A stretch of DNA of 64,000 bases from an uncultured Rhodospirillaceae bacterium (lineage in GTDB: Bacteria > Pseudomonadota > Alphaproteobacteria > GCA-2731375): contig CAYFPL010000001.1 of the NCBI GenBank assembly GCA_964344935.1, positions 1,391,533-1,455,532 of the forward strand, written 5' to 3'. Below, one piece after another: positions 36,559 to 45,184 of this stretch. The translations under genes and the position numbers were made by a program. A model generated the notes under the pieces. It searched no databases and was not told the DNA's origin. It was given only the letters and a program-made list of their open reading frames with translations. Each line of letters opens with the position of its first letter. Position 1 is the stretch's first letter.

Positions 36559-38362
36559 CATCTTCATCCGGCGTATCGGCATATAGGCGCGACACTTCGG
36601 CCGTTCTGTGCTCCAAAACCGCACGTTGGTTGATATAGCCCTTGTCGGTGATTTCGTTGGCATCGATGGCGGCCGGCGCCGTCAGCAGCAATAACCGTGC
36701 AATGCGCGTGGACGAGCCGGGATTGGCCTTGTTATAGGCCTCCAGGGTCTCTCGGATGTGCTCACGCACCTTGGCTGAGGCCGCCACCGCTTCAAGATCG
36801 AGGCTTTCGTCTTCGAGGAAGGCGCGACAACCGTTCAGATTGGGCCATGCCAACAGGCTGACGAATTCGCGGTCATGGCCGGCGACCACAACGTCCTGCA
36901 GGACGGGCGAAGCGGCACTGAGGGCGGCCAGGCGCAACCCCCCGCTGTTGACCCAGGTGCCGGTGGTCAGCTTGAAGTCCTCCGCCACCCGGCCGTCGAA
37001 GACCAGTCCTTTCACTGGCGCATCTTCGTCGGCAAATCGGCCCGCATCGCCGATACGGTAAAAACCTTCATCGTCGAACGCTTCCGCCGTCAAGTCAGGC
37101 CGTTTCAAATAGCCCGGCGTCACGTTCGGGCCACGCACCCGCAGTTCCATCTTGCCGCCATTTGGCACCATCTTGATTTCCGTGCCCGGCACTGGCAGAC
37201 CGATCACGCCAGCCCGGTCGATGGCCCAATGCACCGACGTTGCCATGGGCGCGGTTTCCGTGGAGCCCCAGGCTGAAACCATGGGCACGGCGTGCCCGAT
37301 GGTCTTGATCGAGACCGCCTCCAGCCTCTGCCATAGGTCCTGGGGCAGGGCGGCACCGGCGTAGAAAATTAAGCCCAACCGGCGGAAGAAGCTTTCCCGC
37401 AACTGGGCATCTTCCTCCAGGAATGGCAGCAGCGCCGCGAAACCAGCGGGGACGTTGTAATAGAGTGTCGGTGAGGCGCGGCGGATATTGTCTACGGTAA
37501 CCTCAATCAGGCCCGGCGCCGGTTTTCCGCCGTCGATATGCAATGTGCCGCCGTTGGAGAGCGCATTGTTGATGACGACGTTGCCGCCGAAGGTATGGTT
37601 CCAGGGCAACCAGTCCAGCAGTATGGGCGGACTATGGGTCAGGAAGGGCCAGACCTGCTGCAACTGCTGCATGTTGGCGCAAAGCATGCCTTGGGTGTTG
37701 ATCACCCCCTTGGGCATACCGGTTGAGCCAGAGGTGAAGAGATACTTCGCCACCGAGTCCGGTCCCACTTTGGCAAAGGCCTCTTCCACGGCCTGGCCCG
37801 GAGAGGTGGTGATCAATTCATCGAAGCCAGCCCCATCAATCAACTCAACGCCGTCCAGATTTAGGCTGGCCAGGGCGCCGTCGAACGGTGCGGTATTCTC
37901 CACGAAAATTACAGCTGGGCGCACCAAATCGAAAATATGGTGCAACTTGGAATAGTCCTGGCTCATCAGGCAATAGGCGGGTGACACCGGGGCCACGGGG
38001 ATGCCCACCTGCATTGCGCCATAGGTCAAGGCACCGTGGCGCAGGGAATTGGGCGAGAGGATCATCACCGGACGCTCCGGCCCGAGGCCCCGATCCAAAA
38101 GTGCTTGTGAGATGGCATCGGCCTGCGCGCGGGCGGCGCCAAATGTCAGTTCCCGCCAACCTTGGCCCGGCACCTGGTCGTCCCGTTCCGCCAGGAATGG
38201 ATTGTTGGGAGTTGCCTCGGCCCAGCGCCGCATGTAGTGGCCCAATTGCGCCACGCCGGTTTCGAGGGGGTGGGGCGAAGACAGGAGAAGGGATCCGTCG
38301 TCGCGGCGCACCACGTCCACTTTCGGCTCCAAATAGACGATTTCGGGGGCTTGTTCGGCCAA
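36545..38362 (-). CDS. AMP-dependent acyl-CoA synthetase (feruloyl-CoA-synthase-like)
   Basis: 605 aa. AMP-binding motif LFTSGSTGMPKGV, YRIGDAGRF. The N-terminal region resembles Fcs-type hydroxycinnamoyl-CoA synthases, but no ech or vdh partners are nearby. Confidence 0.8.
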   Translation of the reverse strand: MAEQAPEIVYLEPKVDVVRRDDGSLLLSSPHPLETGVAQLGHYMRRWAEATPNNPFLAERDDQVPGQGWRELTFGAARAQADAISQALLDRGLGPERPVMILSPNSLRHGALTYGAMQVGIPVAPVSPAYCLMSQDYSKLHHIFDLVRPAVIFVENTAPFDGALASLNLDGVELIDGAGFDELITTSPGQAVEEAFAKVGPDSVAKYLFTSGSTGMPKGVINTQGMLCANMQQLQQVWPFLTHSPPILLDWLPWNHTFGGNVVINNALSNGGTLHIDGGKPAPGLIEVTVDNIRRASPTLYYNVPAGFAALLPFLEEDAQLRESFFRRLGLIFYAGAALPQDLWQRLEAVSIKTIGHAVPMVSAWGSTETAPMATSVHWAIDRAGVIGLPVPGTEIKMVPNGGKMELRVRGPNVTPGYLKRPDLTAEAFDDEGFYRIGDAGRFADEDAPVKGLVFDGRVAEDFKLTTGTWVNSGGLRLAALSAASPVLQDVVVAGHDREFVSLLAWPNLNGCRAFLEDESLDLEAVAASAKVREHIRETLEAYNKANPGSSTRIARLLLLTAPAAIDANEITDKGYINQRAVLEHRTAEVSRLYADTPDEDVIQL

Positions 38363-38429
38363 ATCACTCTCCCGCGCTTCTCGCTTTTGTTTGACTTCCC
38401 GTTAACCAGGATTGTTCCATAATAGCGTC

Positions 38430-38897
38430 ATGAGATTAATCCTGCTCGTCATACTAGGTCATATGTTCGCCTTCCCGGCCCTGGCGGAAACCCTTTCGGG
38501 GCCCGTCAAGGTGATCGACGCCGCCAACATGGAAATCGGCGGTAACCTGGTTCGCCTCAACGGCATCGCCGCGCCCAAACCGGGCGACCGCTGCCCCCTG
38601 CGAAGCGTCACGATAAAATGCGGCCGCATCGCCACCACCGCGCTTATGGACATGACTGCCGGCGCCAAGGTCCTTTGTGAAACCCATGGCGATCCGAACG
38701 ACAAGGGTATTTACCGCGCTACGTGCAAGGCAAACGGCTACGATCTCTCGGAAGGGATGATCTATACCGGCTGGGCCCGGCCGGCCAAGGGTGCGCCAGC
38801 CCATTACCGGCGCGTCGAGGCGGGCGCGAAAGAGCGGGGGCGGGGACTGTGGCGCGGCGAGTTCCCCGACGCCGTGAACAAGGCCGCTAGGCGTTGA
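38430..38897 (+). CDS. secreted thermonuclease (SNase)-fold protein, active-site motif degenerate
   Basis: The ATG at 38430 gives signal peptide MRLILLVILGHMFAFPALA. SNase-like body (VRLNGIAAPK ... YRATCKANGYDLSEGMIYTGWA ... RGLWRGEF). The usual GIDAPE motif reads GIAAPK here. Confidence 0.65.
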   Translation: MRLILLVILGHMFAFPALAETLSGPVKVIDAANMEIGGNLVRLNGIAAPKPGDRCPLRSVTIKCGRIATTALMDMTAGAKVLCETHGDPNDKGIYRATCKANGYDLSEGMIYTGWARPAKGAPAHYRRVEAGAKERGRGLWRGEFPDAVNKAARR

Positions 38898-39876
38898 TCT
38901 GAACCACCACCTTGCCCACCGCCTGGCCTGATTCGAGGCGGGCATGGGCCGCGCCCACCTCTTCCAAGGCATAGGGTTCCCCATCCAAGACGGGACGTAA
39001 CTGACCGGCTTCAGCCAGGGCGGTGCATTCAGCCATGATCTGGCCGTGCCGGGCCCGGCCTTGCCCGTTCAGCAAGGGAAGCAGCATCAAGACCCCGATA
39101 TGATGCAGTCCTTTAAGATGCACCGGGGTCAAATCCTGGGTCGAATTGGTCTGGGAACTAATCACCGTGCCACGCGGCTTCGCGGCCTCCCAGGACTTCG
39201 GTATGTTGTCGCCGCCAACGGTGTCATAGATGACATCGAAGCCGCCGCCACCCGTAAACGCAGTAACATAATCTTCGACGCTCATCTCCTTGTAATTGAT
39301 GGGAATGGCGCCGAATTCCTTGACCATGTTCGCTTTTTCCGGACCCGAAACGGTCGCATAGACCTTGGCGCCCTTGGCAATGGCGATCTGGACCGCCACA
39401 TGGCCGACACCCCCCGTGCCGGCATGCACAAGTACGGTTTGCCCCCAGCCCACGTCAGCGCCGTCCACCAAACCTTCCCAGGCCGTGAGGCAGACCAGCG
39501 GCAGGGCGGCGGCTTCGGCCATAGAGAGATTGCCTGGCTTTCGCGCCAAGAAAGCAGCATCACAAGCCATGAATTCTGCTAAGGCGCCGCCGCTGCCCCT
39601 CACCCCGCCGGCACAGCCATAGACCTCGTCGCCAACGGCAAAGCCACTCACATCGGCGCCAACCGCCTCCACCACACCGGCCACATCGCCATGCAGGACG
39701 GCCGGATAGTCGGGACCAAACGGCAGGCCCAGCTTGCGAATCTTCCAATCCACCGGGTTTACGGATGTCGCCGCGACCCTGACCAGGACCTGGCCCGCCC
39801 CGATTTCCGGCATGGGCAGGTCCGCCATTTCGAATACATCCGGCTCGCCGGCCTGGCGAATGATCACTGCTTTCAT
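38887..39876 (-). CDS. zinc-type alcohol dehydrogenase/quinone oxidoreductase (MDR family)
   Basis: Start at ATG 39876 (MKAVIIRQAGEPDVFEM), preceded by AAGGGAAG. Rossmann motif VLVHAGTGGVGHVAVQIA. The track start at 39906 is a GTG abutting the upstream gene. Confidence 0.85.
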   Translation of the reverse strand: MKAVIIRQAGEPDVFEMADLPMPEIGAGQVLVRVAATSVNPVDWKIRKLGLPFGPDYPAVLHGDVAGVVEAVGADVSGFAVGDEVYGCAGGVRGSGGALAEFMACDAAFLARKPGNLSMAEAAALPLVCLTAWEGLVDGADVGWGQTVLVHAGTGGVGHVAVQIAIAKGAKVYATVSGPEKANMVKEFGAIPINYKEMSVEDYVTAFTGGGGFDVIYDTVGGDNIPKSWEAAKPRGTVISSQTNSTQDLTPVHLKGLHHIGVLMLLPLLNGQGRARHGQIMAECTALAEAGQLRPVLDGEPYALEEVGAAHARLESGQAVGKVVVQINA

Positions 39877-39906
39877 GGTCGCTTCCCTTATTGGCCTGGT
39901 CGCCAC

Positions 39907-41121
39907 TTACATGCCCAATTGCGCCTTGGCCAGGATATTGTGCTGGATTTCGTTGGAGCCGGAATAGATCGACACTTTCCGGAAATGCAGATAGTTGGGC
40001 GTGCAGCCGTTGGCGTATTCCGCGCCAACGGGAGGTTCGTTCCAGCCATGCTTAAGGGCCGCAATTTGATAAGGCATGGCGTAGTTGCCAATGGCCTCCA
40101 TCTTTAATTCATAGAGGCGCTGCATGATCTCCGAATTGCGAATCTTAAAGATGTTCGCCTCGGCGCCCAGGGCCTTGCCGCCCAGTTCACCATCGCGGGA
40201 GAACTTGTCGATGGCACGCATGTTGTAGGCTTCCAAGCTGCGCAGTTCCATCTCCACCGCAGCAATCTTGGCACCGAAAGCAGCTTGTTTTGCCAGGGGC
40301 AGGCCGTCGTCGACCTCGTCCTGGGCCGCAATGTCCTTCAACTGCCGCAGAAGGGTCTTGTGCTGCCCCAGGGAACCGCCGGACATACGTTCATGGGCCA
40401 AAAGATACTTGCCGATGGACCAACCCTTGTGAATTTCGCCGACCGTATTCGCCACAGGCACGCGCACATCAGTGTAGTGCACCATGTTGGTCTCGTGCAG
40501 GCCGTCCATGAGGATGATGGGCCGGATCTCTATGCCAGGCGTTTTCAAATCAACCAGAATGAAGGTAATGCCTTCCTGCTTCTTGCCTTCGGAACTTGTC
40601 CGCGCCAGCAGGAAACACCAATCGGCCCAATGGGCCTTGGTGGTCCACGTCTTGGTGCCGTTGATCACCCATTCATCGCCATCGCGCACCGCCGTGGTGC
40701 GTAGTGACGCGAGATCAGAGCCCGAGTCCGGTTCGGAATATCCCTGGCACCAGATTTCGTCCCCCGACAGCATGGGCGGTAGGAACCGTTGCCGTTGTTC
40801 GTCCGTTCCAAAACCAATCAACACCGGGCCGCACATGTTGATGCCGAATACGACGAGCCTGGGCGCGCCAGCCAGACCCAGTTCTTCATCGAAGATGTAC
40901 TTTTGCGTCAGACTCCACCCAGGGCCGCCATATTGCTCGGGCCAATTGGGCGCCACCCAGCCTTTTTCGAAGAGGATCCTGTGCCAGCCGACCACATCTT
41001 CGCGGGTCATCTCGATGCCGTTTTCGACTTTGTATTTCAATTCCGGCGGCGTCGCCGCCGCCAAAAACGCCCGCACCTCGGTCCTAAAATCCGCGTCTTC
41101 CGCGCTGAAGGATAAATCCAT
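39907..41121 (-). CDS. acyl-CoA dehydrogenase
   Basis: 404 aa. MDLSFSAEDADFRTEVRAFL..., WCQGYSEPDSGSDLASL, and C-terminal IYSGSNEIQHNILA (catalytic-base region). Confidence 0.9.
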   Translation of the reverse strand: MDLSFSAEDADFRTEVRAFLAAATPPELKYKVENGIEMTREDVVGWHRILFEKGWVAPNWPEQYGGPGWSLTQKYIFDEELGLAGAPRLVVFGINMCGPVLIGFGTDEQRQRFLPPMLSGDEIWCQGYSEPDSGSDLASLRTTAVRDGDEWVINGTKTWTTKAHWADWCFLLARTSSEGKKQEGITFILVDLKTPGIEIRPIILMDGLHETNMVHYTDVRVPVANTVGEIHKGWSIGKYLLAHERMSGGSLGQHKTLLRQLKDIAAQDEVDDGLPLAKQAAFGAKIAAVEMELRSLEAYNMRAIDKFSRDGELGGKALGAEANIFKIRNSEIMQRLYELKMEAIGNYAMPYQIAALKHGWNEPPVGAEYANGCTPNYLHFRKVSIYSGSNEIQHNILAKAQLGM

Positions 41122-41225
41122 TGCCCTCTCCGCTCACCCAGGAGCTGCCTAGCCTAGAACACAATGACCACCACGCGGAAGGTGGTATATGCTGGACGCT
41201 AGATTCGCACTTGAGGAAATGGAAC

Positions 41226-43538
41226 ATGGCGGATGCTATCCTAGGCCAATCCGTACCGCGCCGGGAGGATGAGCGGTTCCTGACGGGCGCGGCAAAATTT
41301 ACAGCCGATTTCAACGACGCTGGTCAGCTATATGGCGCTGTCCTGCGTTCGCCCTTCGCCCACGCCGATATTACATCCATCAATGTTTCAGCGGCAGCGG
41401 CGGCTGATGGCGTTATCGGAGTCTACACCCACCGCGAACTGGCGGCCGACGGTATCGGCCCCCTGCCCTGCGCCGCCGTCGGCGCCGTACAAACCGTGGA
41501 ACCCATCAATGTGCCGCCGCGTCCCGCGCTGGCGGACGGCCGGGTGCGCCATGTGGGGGACCCGGTGGCATTCGTGGTCGCGGAATCCCAGACAGCGGCG
41601 TTGGATGCCCTGGAGTTGATTGAAGTCGACTATGACGAATTACCCGCCCTGGCCAACGCCCGGGCCGCCTTGGCGGACGGCGCACCGCAGGTTTGGGACA
41701 CAGCGCCAGGAAATTTCGCCTTCCGCTTCGAAAGGGGCGATCAGGCGGCGGCCGAAGCGGCCATCGCGGTGGCGCCCCACGTAGTCGAATTGGATATCGT
41801 CAATAACCGGGTCTCACCCGCGCCCACCGAACCCCGCGCCGCCATCGGCCGTTACGAGGCCGACGACGATCGCCTGCACCTTTTCGTCACCGGCCAGGGT
41901 GTCCACGGCATTCGCGGGCAGTTGGCCAATGCGGTGTTCAAGCTGGCGGAGGACAAGGTGCGGGTCTCGGCACCAGATGTGGGCGGCGGCTTCGGCCTGA
42001 AGAACTTCCTCTATCCCGAATACGTTCTACTGCTATGGGCCGCGCGGAAGTTGGGCCGCCCCATCAAATGGGTGGCAGAGCGCAACGAGGACTTCTTGAG
42101 CAGTATTCAAGGCCGCGACGTGCTCGCAACGGCGCGCCTGGCCTTCGATGATGACGGGCAATTCCTCGGCCTCGCGGTGGAAGTGACTTCGAACATGGGC
42201 GCCTATCTGTCTTCGTTCGGTCCCGGCATTTCGACAAATTCGTTGTCGACGGCGATCAGCGGCATCTATGACATCCCAGCCGTGTTTCTGGGTGTCACAG
42301 GCGCCTTCACCAATACGGTACCCATCGATGCCTATCGCGGCGCCGGCAAGCCCGAGGCCAACTACATTGTCGAACGGCTGATCATGGCGGCGGCGCAAAA
42401 ACTTGGCGTGGACGCGATGGAATTGCGGCTGCAGAACGCCGTTTCTACCTTTCCCCATACCAACGCTCTCGGCATGGTCATCGACACCGGCGATTTCAGG
42501 GGCAATATGGAACAGGCCATGCAACTGGCCGACCGGGGGGATTTCGAGTCCAGGCGCAAGGCGGCAGCCGGCGATGGCCTGCTGCTGGGCCAGGGCCTGG
42601 CCTGTTTCATCGAAACCTCGCGGGGCGCCGATACGGAAGGGGCGGAAGTAAACTTCCGTGACGATGGCAGCGTGGAACTGCGTCTGGGCACGGAGTCCAA
42701 TGGCCAGGGCCACGAGACCGCGTTCAGCCAGATCGCTGCCGCCAAGTTCGGTCTACCCATTGAAAGCTTCCGTTACATCCAGGCAGACACCGCCCAGGTA
42801 CGCGCCGGCAACGGCCATGGCGGGGCCCGCTCCATGCATATGGGCGGCAGCGCCCTGGACGCGGCGATGGAGGCGGCCCTGGCCAAGGGCAGACCTATCG
42901 CGGCGCAAATGCTGCAGGCCGACGAAGCTGCCTTGAGATTTACGGATGGCGCCTATCGGGTCGCCGAGACCGGGCAATCGGTGCCGCTGATGGATGTGGC
43001 TGCGGCGGCGCGGGATCCGAAAATGGCCGGCGGCGAAGGCCTGGACAGCTATGCGCGGCGAGACAATGCGCCCTTTACCTTTCCCAGCGGCTGTCACGTT
43101 GCGGAAGTCGCGATCGACCGCGACACCGGCGTCCTGCGTCTTACCCGATATGTCATGGTGGATGACTATGGCAGCCAGATCAATCCACCCCTGACGGCTG
43201 GTCAGGTGCATGGCGGCGTCGTCCAGGGCATCGGCCAGGCCCTGTTCGAGGAAGTCGCCTATGATCCTGGGTCAGTGCAACTGCTAAGCGGCACCTGGAT
43301 GGATTACACCATGCCGCATGCGGCGCAATTGCCGTCGTTCGAACTGCATTTCCGTGAAACGCCGACCCAGGCCAATCCCTTGGGCGTGAAGGGCTCGGGT
43401 CAGGCCGGCTGCATGGCGGCACCGCAAACCATTATGGCCGCCGTCCTAGACGCCCTCGCCCCCCTGGGCATCACCGACCTCGACATGCCGGCCACCCCGG
43501 AACGACTGTGGCGGGCAATCAGGGATGCATCCGGCTGA
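41226..43538 (+). CDS. molybdopterin-binding large subunit of the xanthine dehydrogenase/CoxL family (form-II-like loop AYRGAGK)
   Basis: Start at ATG 41226 (MADAILGQSVPRREDERFLTG), GAGGAA 7 nt upstream. 770 aa. Active-site loop PIDAYRGAGKPEANY. No small or medium subunit genes are adjacent. Confidence 0.85.
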   Translation: MADAILGQSVPRREDERFLTGAAKFTADFNDAGQLYGAVLRSPFAHADITSINVSAAAAADGVIGVYTHRELAADGIGPLPCAAVGAVQTVEPINVPPRPALADGRVRHVGDPVAFVVAESQTAALDALELIEVDYDELPALANARAALADGAPQVWDTAPGNFAFRFERGDQAAAEAAIAVAPHVVELDIVNNRVSPAPTEPRAAIGRYEADDDRLHLFVTGQGVHGIRGQLANAVFKLAEDKVRVSAPDVGGGFGLKNFLYPEYVLLLWAARKLGRPIKWVAERNEDFLSSIQGRDVLATARLAFDDDGQFLGLAVEVTSNMGAYLSSFGPGISTNSLSTAISGIYDIPAVFLGVTGAFTNTVPIDAYRGAGKPEANYIVERLIMAAAQKLGVDAMELRLQNAVSTFPHTNALGMVIDTGDFRGNMEQAMQLADRGDFESRRKAAAGDGLLLGQGLACFIETSRGADTEGAEVNFRDDGSVELRLGTESNGQGHETAFSQIAAAKFGLPIESFRYIQADTAQVRAGNGHGGARSMHMGGSALDAAMEAALAKGRPIAAQMLQADEAALRFTDGAYRVAETGQSVPLMDVAAAARDPKMAGGEGLDSYARRDNAPFTFPSGCHVAEVAIDRDTGVLRLTRYVMVDDYGSQINPPLTAGQVHGGVVQGIGQALFEEVAYDPGSVQLLSGTWMDYTMPHAAQLPSFELHFRETPTQANPLGVKGSGQAGCMAAPQTIMAAVLDALAPLGITDLDMPATPERLWRAIRDASG

Positions 43539-43551
43539 TGGTAAAGGGGTA

Positions 43552-44817
43552 TTAAGCCGCGTTGGCTTCTTCGCGGCTGGGTTTTGGGGCACCGAACAGG
43601 TAGCCCTGGCCGTAGTCGAAGCCGTATTCGAGCACTTCGATGACGTCCACTTCCTTCTCGATGCGCTCCACCACGAGGGAGATTTCAGAGACTCCTGACT
43701 TGGCCTTCAAGGTGCGCGGGTGCACCCAGTCGGCACTATCCTCGGGCAGGGTCAGGATCAGGTTGATGGGCACCTTGATGAAGCGGAACTGGTTCTGGGC
43801 CAGGCTCTGGAAATCGATTTCCAAGTCGTCGACCTGATCCATGGAGAAGCGGAAGCCTAATTCTCCAAGCCGTCCCAACTGTTCCCAAACCGTATCCGAG
43901 AGGGCCATGACGTCCCGTTGCGTGATCTCGAAGATCAGGCGGGTGGCAAGGGATGGGTTGTGTGACATGAAGTCGATGAATTGCTGCATGAATTCCCCGT
44001 CATTCAGGGTATGCAGCGAAATATTGACGAAGAAGTTCACATGGCTCTGCCGTTTTTCGGTGCGCCGGAGGAGTTGCACACAGCGCATCAAGAGCAGGTT
44101 GTCGATGGTGCCGATCAGGTCTTGCTCCTTGGCCACCTCCAGGTATTGCGCCGGCGTGACCAAGCGGCCGTCATGGGTGCGAATACGGGAGAAGACCTCA
44201 TAGTGGCGTACGCGCCGTTGGGGCAGGCTGACGATAGGCTGCAGGTAAAGATCAATGCGGTTGGTTTCCAGCGCTTCGCGGATATGAGCCAGGATTTCTT
44301 CCTTTGCCACGGGCGTTTCGGGTGCCGGCGTCCCGCGACCTTCGCCGCGCGCGACACGCTTGGGCGCTTCCGGTTCCGGAACTTCCGTCGCCGCCCGCAA
44401 TTGGCTGTTCGCATGCTTTTGTTCCTGCGGGTTGCCGAACTGGCCCAATTGCGATTGCAGCACCTTCATTTCGCGCACCATAGCCTTGTTGCTTTCGCCG
44501 GCGGCGTTCTCCACCACCTCGCACAGCACGGCCATTTCCTCGCGAGAGCGCACCACATCGGCGATCAAACCACGGTTCACCTCGCGCAATTCATCGATCT
44601 CGTCGAAGGCCTGGTCCAATTGCGCCAGGTTATCCCGCTGTTCCAAGCGTCGGGCAATAAAATCATGCAAAAATGCCGATAGCGCGAAGCCACCTCCCGC
44701 CAGGGCATAACAATAGATGGGCTCCCAATGGGGCATGAATTGGGGCAAAAGGAACCCCGCCGCCGCCGCGAACGTGCCATAGGAAGCAACAATCAGAAAA
44801 TGCGTAATAAACGACAT
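43552..44817 (-). CDS. membrane-anchored coiled-coil protein with a degenerate EAL domain
   Basis: 421 aa. Two N-terminal TM helices, a coiled-coil, then an EAL-like domain with altered motifs (EVFSRI, NIS, EITQ, FSMDQV, FIKVP, VVERIE, QGYLFGAP). Confidence 0.8.
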   Translation of the reverse strand: MSFITHFLIVASYGTFAAAAGFLLPQFMPHWEPIYCYALAGGGFALSAFLHDFIARRLEQRDNLAQLDQAFDEIDELREVNRGLIADVVRSREEMAVLCEVVENAAGESNKAMVREMKVLQSQLGQFGNPQEQKHANSQLRAATEVPEPEAPKRVARGEGRGTPAPETPVAKEEILAHIREALETNRIDLYLQPIVSLPQRRVRHYEVFSRIRTHDGRLVTPAQYLEVAKEQDLIGTIDNLLLMRCVQLLRRTEKRQSHVNFFVNISLHTLNDGEFMQQFIDFMSHNPSLATRLIFEITQRDVMALSDTVWEQLGRLGELGFRFSMDQVDDLEIDFQSLAQNQFRFIKVPINLILTLPEDSADWVHPRTLKAKSGVSEISLVVERIEKEVDVIEVLEYGFDYGQGYLFGAPKPSREEANAA

Positions 44818-44875
44818 ACGACCTCGTTATGTTCCAGGCCGCAGTCTGCCCGCCAGCGGTTTCAATATGGTTAAC

Positions 44876-44900
44876 GAAAAATTGCCCGCACCGGGGCGAT
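44876..44900 (-). terminator. candidate intrinsic terminator after the DUF1971 gene
   Basis: Minus strand reads ATCGCCC-CGGTGC-GGGCAAT followed by TTTTCG. Four G-C pairs, one C-A mismatch, two A-U pairs. Starts 6 nt after the stop at 44906. Confidence 0.4.
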
Positions 44901-44905
44901 TGCAA

Positions 44906-45184
44906 TTATTTGCAGAATTCGACGAAAAACGACACTTGACCAACGGGCGTGACGAAATGAAGAGACTCCGGTTTGATGATCCCGGGCCTGTCGGGTGTCA
45001 GAAGTTCGCTCCAGCCATCATCGACCAAAGTGTATTCCAACGTGCCGGATTGGACATGTATGACGCCCCAGACACCTGGTTTGGTTCTGTGTTCAGACAG
45101 CAAAGCGGCCGGGGTCGTCGTTTCCGTGAAACTGGGTGTACGGCGATAGGGCCGGACGGACGGCGGCAGCGTCTGCAAGATCAA
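44906..45184 (-). CDS. DUF1971-domain protein (tellurite-resistance TehB-associated domain)
   Basis: 92 aa, TTG start overlapping the CDF stop (TTGA). LPPSVRPYRRTPSFTETTTPAALLSEHRTKPGVWGVIHVQSGTLEY matches the DUF1971 pattern as I remember it. Confidence 0.65.
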   Translation of the reverse strand: MILQTLPPSVRPYRRTPSFTETTTPAALLSEHRTKPGVWGVIHVQSGTLEYTLVDDGWSELLTPDRPGIIKPESLHFVTPVGQVSFFVEFCK

